Source: an uncultured bacterium
GTDB lineage: Bacteria > Patescibacteriota > Saccharimonadia > UBA4664
Direction of reading: 5' to 3'
Assembly: GCA_963720265.1 (NCBI GenBank)
Contig: CAVRET010000001.1
Location: 325,916 to 389,915 of the forward strand
DNA length: 64,000 nucleotides
The notes under the pieces were generated by a model. The model had not been told where the DNA came from, did not search any database, and was given only the letters and a program-made list of their open reading frames with translations. Positions 40,901 through 49,155 of this stretch are shown here, in pieces. Within the stretch, counting starts at the first letter, position 1. Each line of letters begins with the position of its first letter. The position numbers were made by a program, and so were the translations under genes.

Positions 40901-43900
40901 CACATTCCCGTCGTTAACTGCTACTCAGACCGGCCAAATGTACTGGGGATACATGGGTGCCGAGCGTGTTGGGGCGGCCGGCAGTTACCCCGGTTTCTCG
41001 TACGTTCCTACCGGCTACCAGAATGTCATTGGCTACGATACAGATTTAGCTGAGGGTACGGTGTACACTCCGACAGCGTCCCAGTCGCCGGCCGGCACTT
41101 CGCTTGGCTCGGCGGTCATAATTTCGGTCACAGACGGTAACGCCCTGACGGTGAATGGGGCGGAGACCATTACCAACACAAACTCCATCAACGCCTTGCA
41201 GGTGCAAAACTCCGCCGGCACCAGCCTGCTGGGCATTGACACGGTTAACAGCCAGGAAACCATCGGCACCTCCGACACCACCACCTTCGGCAACACCTAC
41301 GATGCGGCTACCGCTCCCGAGGGCGGATTTGGCGCCGGCTACTACTGGGATGGCGTAAGCCAACAGGAACTCGTAGCGCAATCGTTTACGACTGCCGGAG
41401 GCGGGCCCTTATCTTCACTTTCGACTTATGTTGGCACCAACGGCATATCGAGTACCAACAAGCTTTACCAGATGGCAGTGTACTCTGACAACGCCGGCCA
41501 GCCGGGAACGTACATTGCGTCAACTGCCGTGGGCAATCTTGGTTCGTCAGCCGGTTGGAAAACCCTGCCCATTACGGCTACCTTGGCGTCGGACACGACC
41601 TATTGGCTCGTCTATTGGACGAACGTGAATGACAACAACAACAACGGTCAGGATATTATCAACACCTTGCGCGGTACATCCAATACCCAAATGTGGGGCA
41701 CTTATGAAAACTGGCAATGCTCGAGTGGTTGCGGGTCTAGTACCAATGGTATGCCAAATACCTATCCCACCAGCGGCAACAATACTACCAATGGCACCAT
41801 CGCCAGCATATATGCCACGTTCGCGAACAACTTGCCGGCATTGCAGATTGATTCCGCTGGCAATAGCATCCAGGATGGCACCGCTTTGTTCCAATCCCAA
41901 ACTGACTCTGACACCGCCTTGGTCGTCAATAACGCCGACGACCAGCCGGTACTGCAGGTGGCCACCACATTCAACGGCGTGGGCGTAGACTGCTCGCCGG
42001 ACGGGAACTACAACTTGACGGTGTGCGCCGGCGGCAATGGTAACGGCGGTGGTTTGTCTGACCTCGGCTATTCGTACCAGCTGCTGAACGTCCAGAACGA
42101 TGGCAACACATATTTGGGCGTCGACAGTATTAACGCCGATGTTCAATCGGGTGATTTGTCAGTAGGCAACTCGGTGAATAATCTCAACGGCCCCGGACTG
42201 TTGGTAAGCGACAACTTCGAGAGTGGGAACTTCAGCCTGTGGAGTGGCGGCTCATCCGGCGGTGAGTCCGTAACTACGTCTGAGGCTCACAGCGGCCGAT
42301 ACTCGGCCGAGACCAACGTGTCGAGCTCCACCGGCTATGCGCGTACCAGTTTCTCTTCTACCTCCACGACGTTTACTCTCAATGCCTGGGTCTGGGCACA
42401 CGTACTGCCAACGTCGGGTGAACTGCCATTGTTTACCTTGTACCAGGCGTCCACCCCAACCAACAAAGTCCAGCTGTACACGGATCAGAATGGATGCCTT
42501 GGCGTTATAAATGGTACGACCGACCTTGGCACAGACTCGTGCGGAACCTTTATTGGCGATGATGATTGGAACAACATCGCCATATCCATAAATCGCACTA
42601 CCGGTGAGATTGCACTCTACGCCGGCCTCGGTTATATGTACTACGGAGCTCAGGGATCAGACTATACCGGCCTCACTATCGGCTCGGGCTGGGACACGCT
42701 GGATATGGGTGTCACAAGCAGTAACACGGGGCAGTACTGGGTTGACGACCTGGCGTTTGGCACCGGCATTACGCCTTCTCTGGCCAACGGCCTCACCGTG
42801 CAAGATTCGCTTCACGCCAGTGGTAGCGCTACGTTCGGCGGCCAGGTTTTGGTGCAGCCGGCGTCGAACTCTGCCACCGCCTTCCAGGTCCAGAATGCCA
42901 GCGGCTACAGCGTATTGAGTGCCGACACTTCCAGCAACTCGGGGCAGGGCCAGGTGGTCTTGGGCAGTTCCAGCAATAATAATGGGACGCTGTTGTTTGA
43001 TAATTCGGCCGGTTCGAGCCAGGTGGGACTAGCTGTAACGTCGTCGAATACCAACACCTACACACTCGACCTGCCGATTGCCGTGCCTAGCACAAACCAG
43101 TGCCTGTTGTCCGGCTCAAGCACGCCGACACAGTTGACGTTCGGGTCGTGCGCTAGCGGGAGCGCGGGCATCAACAACCAAACCACGACCCAATCGAACG
43201 CCAACTTTAACATTCAATCGGCCGGGGCAGCGGACGTGGGCGGTGTTATTCAAGGTGCCAGCTCACAGACGGCCGACTTGCTTGACCTGCGCGATTCGGC
43301 TTCCGGCAACCTGGCAGTGGTGAGCGCGGCCGGCAACGAGGAGAGTTTGGGCTACATCGACAACGCCGGCATTGGCGGGATTGGCCAGTATGGAAACCTA
43401 CTGCTTGACAGCGAACAATTGGACCAAGGCGGCGTGTCGACGCCGCCTTGGTCGACCAACAGTGCGTCGTTGGTAGTAACTGCCAACAATACGACGGCAC
43501 CGGACGGCAATACCACAGCCGAGAAGCTCGCCGGTACTGGAAACGTGAACATTTCGCAATCTGAATCAACCTCCGCTGTCGCAACCACGTACACGTTTAG
43601 CGTGTGGTTGAAGCAGTCGAGTGGGGCGGGCACTAGCGGCTTGTGTATTTACAGCACCGCCGGCACTCCGTCGAGCTGTACGGCTACCGCGGTAACGCCC
43701 AATTCCACCGACTGGCAGCGGTTTAGCGTAACGCAAGCTGTAACCGGCAGCCCAACGGCGATTACGGCGGAGATTTTGCCGGGCAACGGCTCAACGGCCA
43801 CGATTTACGCCTGGGGCGCGCAGCTGGTGGTAGGCACGACTCCGGAAGTGTACACCCGCACTACGGCGGCGGCTGTTGCGGCTTCAAGCGGTGTGGTGAC

Positions 43901-46900
43901 GAACGGCGGTGTACTCATTAATAGCCTTAGCTCGAGCGACACCCCGGTTACCGTTAATAGCAGTACCGGCGTGAGTACGCTCAAGATTGCGGACAGCGGT
44001 GCGACAACGTTTAAATCGTCGACCAATTCCACCACCGCCTTCCAGATACAGAATGCATCAGGTGAGGCTTTGCTTACGGCCGACACTACCAATACGGCAC
44101 TAGTTCTGGGTCAGGACAATACGCCCACCGATCTCACCGTCCGCGGTGGCGCCGCCAGCGGGCCAAATGTGGATGGCGGCGACATTACCTTCCAAGCTTC
44201 TAACGGCACTGGTGCTGCCGGCTCTGGTTCGCTCATCTTCCAAACTGCTCCGCCGGCCGGCGGGGGTGTTACCGAAGACAATTCCGGGACCTCAACCGCC
44301 AGTGCGTGTTCAACAGCCACCCTTAGCTTCACTACCGGATCCGGCTCAAACCGCTTGCTGCTCGTCGGAGCCGAAACCGGCGCCGGCGAGACCTACACTG
44401 CCGTGACCTACAATGGTACCAGCATGACGCAGCTGTCAACGCAGGACAGCGGGACCACGCACATTGAGCTGTGGTATCTGCTAAACCCTGCGTCAGGGGC
44501 GCATAACATTGTTGGCACCCTATCATCGACCCTGCATGGCTGCACGCTCGACGCAGTCTCATATGCCAACGTCAACCAAGTAACGCCGTTTGGTACGGCT
44601 GCCACTAATAGCGGCACAACTACGGGTTTGCAATCCACGAGCAATACCGTCAGCACCACCAGCGCTGCTCAAGTGGTGTTTGATGTTTTGGGGGCAGACG
44701 TCAGTGAGTCGATTGCACCCGGATCGGGCCAGACACAATTAGTAAACTTCCCGGGCACCGGGGGCTTCTACCCGCTGGGGGAGTCCAGCGCTCCGGGCAC
44801 GGGCGCCGCCGTTAACATGAATTGGGCCGTTAACTCGGCCGATTGGGCCGACATTGGCGTACCCATCAACCCGGTTGCCAATTCCACCGCCGACACCCTG
44901 CAAACCGTTCTGGATCTGGCCAACACGGGTAATGTCGGCATCGACAATTCCAACCCTCAGGAAACGCTCGATGTCGCCGGTACCGCCAATTTCCAGAACA
45001 CCACCAACTCCACCACCGCTTTCCAAGTGCAGAATGCGAGTGGCGCCAACCTCTTGACCGCCGATACGACTAACAACCAGATCCTGCTCGGCTCCGATAC
45101 CAACCTGATCCTCTCGGGGACCACCGCCTACATATCCAACCCTCAGGGCTATGGCGACAGTGAGGCTTTCGGAGCTGGTGCGTCGGTCACCTCGAGTAAT
45201 GCCACCGCCGTCGGCTACAATGCTAGCTCCTATTATGATGGGGCAGCAGTCGGGGATAATGCGGCCGCGGGCGGCTATGGCGTTGCACTTGGATACGATG
45301 CTGCCGCCACCTATGTAGGCACAGCCGTCGGCTCGGAATCGGATGCATCTGGGAACTACAGTACGGCGGTCGGTGGTGGAGCAGTCGCAGGGTCAAATTA
45401 CGCGACTGCGTTAGGCTACCTGGCAGCCGCTAACTCGGCTGACAGTATTGCGCTGGGCGCCGGATCTGTTACTAGCAGCGCGAACCAACTGGTTATTGGC
45501 AGTTCCACTGCCAATGGCGCCTATATTCAAGATGCCTACATCGGTTCGGGTATATCGGACATTGCGCCGCAGAGCATTACCGTGCACGCCACCGGCGGCA
45601 GTGGCAGCAACGTGGCCGGTGCCAACCTTAGCCTGGCCGGGGGTATCGGCACCGGTAATGCCAACGGCGGCAATATTAATCTCCAAGTTGCCAAGCCGGG
45701 GGTCAGCGGCTCGAGCGCTAATACGCTTGCAACCGTTGCATCCATCAGCGGCCTCAATGGCTCAGCGTTATTCCAAAATTCCACCGACTCCACCGCGGCT
45801 TTCCAAGTGCAGAACGCGAGTGGCACAAACCTGTTGGGCGTCGATACGTTCGACAGCACCGTGAGTCTAGGAGAAGCCGGTTCGGTCGGCGGTTCCGTGT
45901 ACGGTAAGACGGACATCGGCGGAACGGCGGGCTTCGGCTACTACGATGGCACCAGCGATGTACTTGCCGCCCAGCAGTTTAAGGCCACTGGAGGCGGTAC
46001 CATCTCGTCGCTGTCAACCTACATTGGTATGGTCAAATCTTCGCCGAACAACCAGGGCCAGATGGCAATCTACGCGGATAACGGCAGTAACGCGCCGGGC
46101 AGCTACATTGCATCCACAGGCGTCCACACGCTCACGGCCAACAGCTGGAACACCTGGTCAATAACCGACGGCACCGCCTCGTTGACAACAGGTAGTGAGT
46201 ACTGGCTGGTATATTGGACAAATGACGATGCCATTGATGGGGACAATGCACAGTACCTTGATACAGGCCAAGCCGGCCAGTTAGGGTACCTTTCCGACTA
46301 TGGGTCAGGCGTTAGCTTCGGCACCGGGCCCAATAACGGCATGCCGGCGACGATCCCTGGCGGAACTGTGCTCTCGGGTGCCTACTTCAGCATCTATGCG
46401 ACCTATGGCGGCTCGACTGCCGTACCAGTTACTATTGGTGCTGACGGCAGTGTGACGGCGCTTGGGGCGGCCACGTTCGGAGATTACCTAGATTCCACCA
46501 CCGCCTTCCAGGTGCAGAATGCGGCTGGGGCCAATCTGCTCGGTATCGACACCTCAGGCGACAATGTTAACGTCGGCTCTACGGGATCCACGGCGCTGGC
46601 CGGTACTATCAACGTCGGCACCTCCACCGGTGCGGCCCAGACCGTCAACGTCGGCTCAAACGACGGGGCATCGGCGACCACAATTCAGGGCGGCACCGGC
46701 AACGTCAACGTACTTTCAACTGCGAACATTACTCTGGGGCAGACCAGTACCAATGCCGGCGGAACGCTGGGCTATACCGGTATTGGTTCCAACGGGAACG
46801 GTTGTAGCGGAGGTTGTAATATTACAGCGTCGATGTTTACAACCACTAGTGGCGGTACCGTTGGGACAATGTCGGTGTACGTTAGCTCCCCGGCCTCGGG

Positions 46901-49142
46901 CGATCATTACCAATTTGCCATCTATAGTGACAATGCCGGGTCGCCGAATACCTACATTGCGTCATCCGCTGTGGGTACCCTCACTTCGGTCGCGGGTTGG
47001 TACACGCTGCCCATTACAGCGACACTCGCACCCAGCACCACCTACTGGATAACGTACGCTGATAATAGTGGAAATGACGGCATTAATTACAATAGCGGCC
47101 CGGCCGGTTATTATGTTTGCAATACCACGTTCACTTTCCAGAGCGGCCCGGATAACGGTTTTCCGGCCTCCTACCCAGGGGGTGGCAGCTGTTATCCAAC
47201 CACCCAGGCCAGCATTTATGCAACTTTCAGTGGTGGTACGCAGTCGGCAGTAACGATTAACAGTCTCGGCAACCTCACCGATACCGGTACGGCCAACTTT
47301 GAGGATACAAACGATTCCACCACCGCTTTCCAGGTGCAAAACTCTTCGAACGCGGCGGTGCTGAATGTGGATACGACGAATCAGGCGCTTAGTGTGGAGG
47401 CGTCGAACTCCTCAAGCACCACGCCGACGCTTAATGTAATTCAATCGGGTACCGGCGACGCCACGCTTTCGATACAGGATGCGGGGGCGAATTTCTACCA
47501 AGGCGTAAATGCCAACAATGGCAATGCCTTCACGATTAACTCCCAGTACGCTGCCACGCACAACTCGGATCTGGGTGAAGATTTCGAGTCCAGCGTGCCA
47601 AACGGCGATGACCAAAACTCCAGCTGGGCTGAGGCAACCGAGTTTACCGCCAGTTCTACCGGGACAATGTCGTCAATCAATGTGGCCTTTGATAGTCGAA
47701 TTAACTCCAGCAGTGTATTTTCGGTCGCTGTTTACTCAAATAACGCCGGCGCACCGGGTACGCTGTTGGGTTCATACAGCGGCACCCAGGTGATTCAGGT
47801 TCCGAACCCGGGGACGCTAAACATCAACTGGAATAACATTACACTGAATTCACCGGTGAGCGTCACGAGCGGTACGATCTATTGGCTCGCCTTCCAGGTG
47901 AACGACTCTTCAACGTTTGATGGCATTACTACTGGCGGTTTAAGCGCGTATCGGAGCGGCATCACCCCCGGGACCTGGGCTAACTGGAGCAGTATGGGCA
48001 CGAGCCAAGGCAATAGTACGGTTATAAACGGCGTGTATGCGGTGATTGATTCCAGTACATTGAGCGATACGTACGCAAACGGGCTGTTTTCGCTATCAAC
48101 GGCGGGTGCCGCGACGTTCCAGGGTGTTGCCGACTCGACCTCGGCTCTGACAGTGAAGAATGCGTCGGGCATACAGGTACTTAATGTCGATACGGCCAAC
48201 AGCAGCATTACGGTTAATAGCGCGGTAAACTCACCGGTGGCGTTCCAGGTCCAGAATCAATCAAATAACGACATTTTGACGGTTGACACAACCGATTCAC
48301 GAGTGGAAGTGGGTCCGAGCGGCGGAGGCACAACCGCTACATTATTGGTGCTGGGCATAAAGACCAGTTCCGGCGACCCAGCCGGTGTGACAGGGGCGAT
48401 GTATTATAACTCGAATACGGGTACATTCCGGTGCTACCAGAACAGTGCGTGGGTGAACTGTATTGCCACCGGACTTGGATCGTACCAGGTGCTCACCAGT
48501 ACCTCTGCCAACAGCACCTATACCACACCGGCCAATACCAAAGCGATTATGGTTGAGATGTGGGGTAGCGGTTCGGCGGGTGGTGGTGGCGGAGGCACTA
48601 CGGGTGATGGAGCTGCCGGTGCAGGGGGTGGGGCCGGTGGATACGCCCGCAAGGTTATCGTGGGTCCGGCCTCAACCTATAAGTACACGATCGCGGCCGG
48701 CGGTACTGCAGGTACAGCGGGTAACAACGCCGGTAACGCTCCGGGTTCCGCGAACTGTTTCGGTACCAACTCGACCGCTTGCAGCTCGCCGATTATTAGC
48801 TGCGCCGCCTCCACAGGCGGCGCCGGCATGGCCGCCGGTACAACCAATGCGGGGAGTACCGGCGGAGCCGGAGGCGCATGCACTGGAGGCGATCTCAACA
48901 CTACCGGGGCAGCGGGGCGAAACGGCTCGAGATGGTCTCAGACCGTGGCCCTATCGGGAGGTGGCGGAGGTACCCTCTTTGGTGACGGCGGATCTGGTAT
49001 TGGGCTGCAAGGGACCGGTATTACCGCTGGTAGTACCGTCTACGGCGCGGGCGGCGGCGGGGGCGTAGTGATCAACAGCGCTACTGCTACGGCCGGAGGT
49101 GCTGGGGCACAGGGCGTGATTATCGTTTGGGAATTTAAGTAA
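34911..49142 (+). CDS. Giant secreted modular surface protein, 4743 aa (alternative ATG start at 34965).
   Basis: Uninterrupted 14.2-kb ORF. Signal peptide MLRISLAFVAVGLVSVSLLTAGTARA. N-domain paralogous to giant 1. Three tandem ~276-aa CBM4_9-like modules (DDTFEGSG...AHGGSYSL...GHVYAFSAWVKA...SGWTQMTG...YLDDVTVTDE) carry a 66-bp perfect DNA repeat. Ancient internal duplication of an ~330-aa segment. 14 or more punctuation motifs. Gly-rich C-terminal tail. Confidence 0.85.
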   Translation: MRNWSLYGARTSRHVVQNMLRISLAFVAVGLVSVSLLTAGTARATSGTINDTMNFQGRLLTAAGAVVPDGNYNIEFKIYKNGDGQSTGDTTGSPSGTLLWTEDWLNNNSVTANTIPVVIKNGYFSVQLGSITTLPSTVTLDESVLWLSMTVAGSAGATSTSCTTFSACNSSGEPEMLPMKSLSAAPYAINAANANTLGGLTSSQFIQNTTSPQSSANIDIASGNAADPAAKLQQASSATAPVLTLELGGSPGVGGDLLDLQDSSTAVLDKFDSSGNLTLGNNSNKTISVAPAASGGGSSLTLMAGNGASGTNAGGNLILEAGASTGGAAGGSIIVKPQTDSTTAFQVENASGAALLTADAANTAIVLGQDTTPTNLTVRGGIASGSNVGGGNITFQASNGTGAAGSGSFVFQTAAPGGGITLDNTSYTGGSGNITLSFTTGSGSNRLLMVQAETNASRSFSGITYNGVSMTQVATENSLTNDDGVGAHVELWYLVNPASGTHNIVATMVGSGAGSLAAASFTNVNQTTPLGTAATGNGTASGTQQSSLSVATSAGQLVIDGIGTDVPSSGVGVDSPPASGQTQLWYSANSPSLYGAAGSTAPGTGSTVFMKWNVTNADWADIAVPINPASNSTADTLNNDLVIANSGNVGIDNSSPQNTLDVSGTARVQSTTNSATAFQVQDASGSSLLDVDTANTVVNVGTAGSTAVNVGGTAGSIGRTSIGSVQDVGANNLIVGYQYTAPSTGSIGSMSAYIGANVQSSPYNQYQFALYSDNGSNAPNAYLASSAVGTEAANTWNTLPISYSVTSGTKYWLVMWTNTTNSADNAPNGDTNVASSYVAYTTGQTFGSGPDNGFPATFPTPTYDASQYPDSVYASYNSTSGPAVTVSSTGTLGVYGSAIFESGSDSTTAFQIQNASAASLFNVDTSNDVVDVGATGTTGPSTTVNIGTSSNAAQTVNLGSTDGASATTIQGGTGNVSINTGAGSGSTGSITVESGNSSGGDSGNITVDTGTNSPGGTVVEDDTFEGSGTGSVDGYTNNDSSVTPTASNTTAHGGSYSLKLTEAGSYWYAFNAGTQSVTPGHVYAFSAWVKAASTSETMSGYLYWACGDDTYHAWGFATAVSSGWTQMTGTLTAPAVNSGCSPGTETVSMGITDNTFGGSSGEIQYLDDVTVTDESLITEPSVDIGTSNAQAVNIGGNNAGQYGPTTVEGGGGISLLAGTGASVNIGTSNSNNVTVGDASDIDSTTLQGGTLGVSINTGAQSGTTGAITLESGNSSGGDSGNVNIDTGTNSPGGTQVQDDTFEGSGSGSMDGYDNNDDGLSAISASNTTAHSGSYSLKVTESSAYWFANTSEDTTVTSGHVYAFSAWVKAASTGESIDANVYWGCSIGGIVQWGSATSTSSGWTQITGTATAPALYPGCIPGDEFAQLTFGGIAGTSGQIEYIDDATITDESSITEPSVNIGTLNAQAVNIGGNNAGQYGPTTVEGGGGISLLAGSGAPITIGTGNSNNVTVGDAYDEDATTLQGGSNGVSINTGDNYDGTGSISITTGNSTSDTAGNITIDTGTSTFSGSQVEDDDFETGTDTFGCWFGCVSATQSAAEAHGGSDSLAVAEDGSGSWGVIEGYPGVAATPGHEYAFTAWVRGTAAETVSADAFFPGSVGPGDTYDTVTDSTSGWTELTGDMTAPVGATNVYLGFTGGTAGGGATDYIDDITITDLGTVSAPNIAIGGTNAQQVTIGNENEGGYTSIYGGGDGISLQTSNGGTVALGTVNQSNISIGAVGSSTEDDVVQIDDTSGGGTSIVDIGGTATNDGSDTASTVNIQGGQTGLVVANAGATLQTYTDSTTALQVQNSSGGDVLNVDTTDGQVTAGNTNTARAEQEWDSHGTNQATLSDAPQADGDLLMLAVSIPSTSVTVSSVSGGGVSSWSNATSYTDSTVGYRTEIWEGTVTGAGAGTITVNYSSTPGGGCELAAQEFSAGVGAGWSVVATGHAVNSSSTTVTFPSLTATQTGQMYWGYMGAERVGAAGSYPGFSYVPTGYQNVIGYDTDLAEGTVYTPTASQSPAGTSLGSAVIISVTDGNALTVNGAETITNTNSINALQVQNSAGTSLLGIDTVNSQETIGTSDTTTFGNTYDAATAPEGGFGAGYYWDGVSQQELVAQSFTTAGGGPLSSLSTYVGTNGISSTNKLYQMAVYSDNAGQPGTYIASTAVGNLGSSAGWKTLPITATLASDTTYWLVYWTNVNDNNNNGQDIINTLRGTSNTQMWGTYENWQCSSGCGSSTNGMPNTYPTSGNNTTNGTIASIYATFANNLPALQIDSAGNSIQDGTALFQSQTDSDTALVVNNADDQPVLQVATTFNGVGVDCSPDGNYNLTVCAGGNGNGGGLSDLGYSYQLLNVQNDGNTYLGVDSINADVQSGDLSVGNSVNNLNGPGLLVSDNFESGNFSLWSGGSSGGESVTTSEAHSGRYSAETNVSSSTGYARTSFSSTSTTFTLNAWVWAHVLPTSGELPLFTLYQASTPTNKVQLYTDQNGCLGVINGTTDLGTDSCGTFIGDDDWNNIAISINRTTGEIALYAGLGYMYYGAQGSDYTGLTIGSGWDTLDMGVTSSNTGQYWVDDLAFGTGITPSLANGLTVQDSLHASGSATFGGQVLVQPASNSATAFQVQNASGYSVLSADTSSNSGQGQVVLGSSSNNNGTLLFDNSAGSSQVGLAVTSSNTNTYTLDLPIAVPSTNQCLLSGSSTPTQLTFGSCASGSAGINNQTTTQSNANFNIQSAGAADVGGVIQGASSQTADLLDLRDSASGNLAVVSAAGNEESLGYIDNAGIGGIGQYGNLLLDSEQLDQGGVSTPPWSTNSASLVVTANNTTAPDGNTTAEKLAGTGNVNISQSESTSAVATTYTFSVWLKQSSGAGTSGLCIYSTAGTPSSCTATAVTPNSTDWQRFSVTQAVTGSPTAITAEILPGNGSTATIYAWGAQLVVGTTPEVYTRTTAAAVAASSGVVTNGGVLINSLSSSDTPVTVNSSTGVSTLKIADSGATTFKSSTNSTTAFQIQNASGEALLTADTTNTALVLGQDNTPTDLTVRGGAASGPNVDGGDITFQASNGTGAAGSGSLIFQTAPPAGGGVTEDNSGTSTASACSTATLSFTTGSGSNRLLLVGAETGAGETYTAVTYNGTSMTQLSTQDSGTTHIELWYLLNPASGAHNIVGTLSSTLHGCTLDAVSYANVNQVTPFGTAATNSGTTTGLQSTSNTVSTTSAAQVVFDVLGADVSESIAPGSGQTQLVNFPGTGGFYPLGESSAPGTGAAVNMNWAVNSADWADIGVPINPVANSTADTLQTVLDLANTGNVGIDNSNPQETLDVAGTANFQNTTNSTTAFQVQNASGANLLTADTTNNQILLGSDTNLILSGTTAYISNPQGYGDSEAFGAGASVTSSNATAVGYNASSYYDGAAVGDNAAAGGYGVALGYDAAATYVGTAVGSESDASGNYSTAVGGGAVAGSNYATALGYLAAANSADSIALGAGSVTSSANQLVIGSSTANGAYIQDAYIGSGISDIAPQSITVHATGGSGSNVAGANLSLAGGIGTGNANGGNINLQVAKPGVSGSSANTLATVASISGLNGSALFQNSTDSTAAFQVQNASGTNLLGVDTFDSTVSLGEAGSVGGSVYGKTDIGGTAGFGYYDGTSDVLAAQQFKATGGGTISSLSTYIGMVKSSPNNQGQMAIYADNGSNAPGSYIASTGVHTLTANSWNTWSITDGTASLTTGSEYWLVYWTNDDAIDGDNAQYLDTGQAGQLGYLSDYGSGVSFGTGPNNGMPATIPGGTVLSGAYFSIYATYGGSTAVPVTIGADGSVTALGAATFGDYLDSTTAFQVQNAAGANLLGIDTSGDNVNVGSTGSTALAGTINVGTSTGAAQTVNVGSNDGASATTIQGGTGNVNVLSTANITLGQTSTNAGGTLGYTGIGSNGNGCSGGCNITASMFTTTSGGTVGTMSVYVSSPASGDHYQFAIYSDNAGSPNTYIASSAVGTLTSVAGWYTLPITATLAPSTTYWITYADNSGNDGINYNSGPAGYYVCNTTFTFQSGPDNGFPASYPGGGSCYPTTQASIYATFSGGTQSAVTINSLGNLTDTGTANFEDTNDSTTAFQVQNSSNAAVLNVDTTNQALSVEASNSSSTTPTLNVIQSGTGDATLSIQDAGANFYQGVNANNGNAFTINSQYAATHNSDLGEDFESSVPNGDDQNSSWAEATEFTASSTGTMSSINVAFDSRINSSSVFSVAVYSNNAGAPGTLLGSYSGTQVIQVPNPGTLNINWNNITLNSPVSVTSGTIYWLAFQVNDSSTFDGITTGGLSAYRSGITPGTWANWSSMGTSQGNSTVINGVYAVIDSSTLSDTYANGLFSLSTAGAATFQGVADSTSALTVKNASGIQVLNVDTANSSITVNSAVNSPVAFQVQNQSNNDILTVDTTDSRVEVGPSGGGTTATLLVLGIKTSSGDPAGVTGAMYYNSNTGTFRCYQNSAWVNCIATGLGSYQVLTSTSANSTYTTPANTKAIMVEMWGSGSAGGGGGGTTGDGAAGAGGGAGGYARKVIVGPASTYKYTIAAGGTAGTAGNNAGNAPGSANCFGTNSTACSSPIISCAASTGGAGMAAGTTNAGSTGGAGGACTGGDLNTTGAAGRNGSRWSQTVALSGGGGGTLFGDGGSGIGLQGTGITAGSTVYGAGGGGGVVINSATATAGGAGAQGVIIVWEFK

Positions 49143-49155
49143 GGCAGGCCGCCGT

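Noticed and set aside
35606-42146. Several long minus-strand ORFs inside the giant genes (e.g. 35606..36298 at 230 aa, 38909..39433, 41547..42146 at 199 aa) and plus-strand ORFs antisense to minus-strand genes elsewhere (477..953, 1518..1964, 3000..3650, 16642..17022, 52357..52977).
   Set aside because: They are Pro/Arg/Ala-rich low-complexity translations typical of the antisense frames of GC-rich coding DNA. They overlap clearly real genes whose products have recognisable architecture.
19724-49142. Classifying the giant proteins as RHS/YD polymorphic toxins, RTX/hemolysin-type, or NRPS/PKS megasynthases.
   Set aside because: No YD dipeptide repeats, no GGXGXD nonapeptides, no condensation/KS/AT/ACP motifs, no C-terminal toxin domain. 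The content is beta-rich binding modules.
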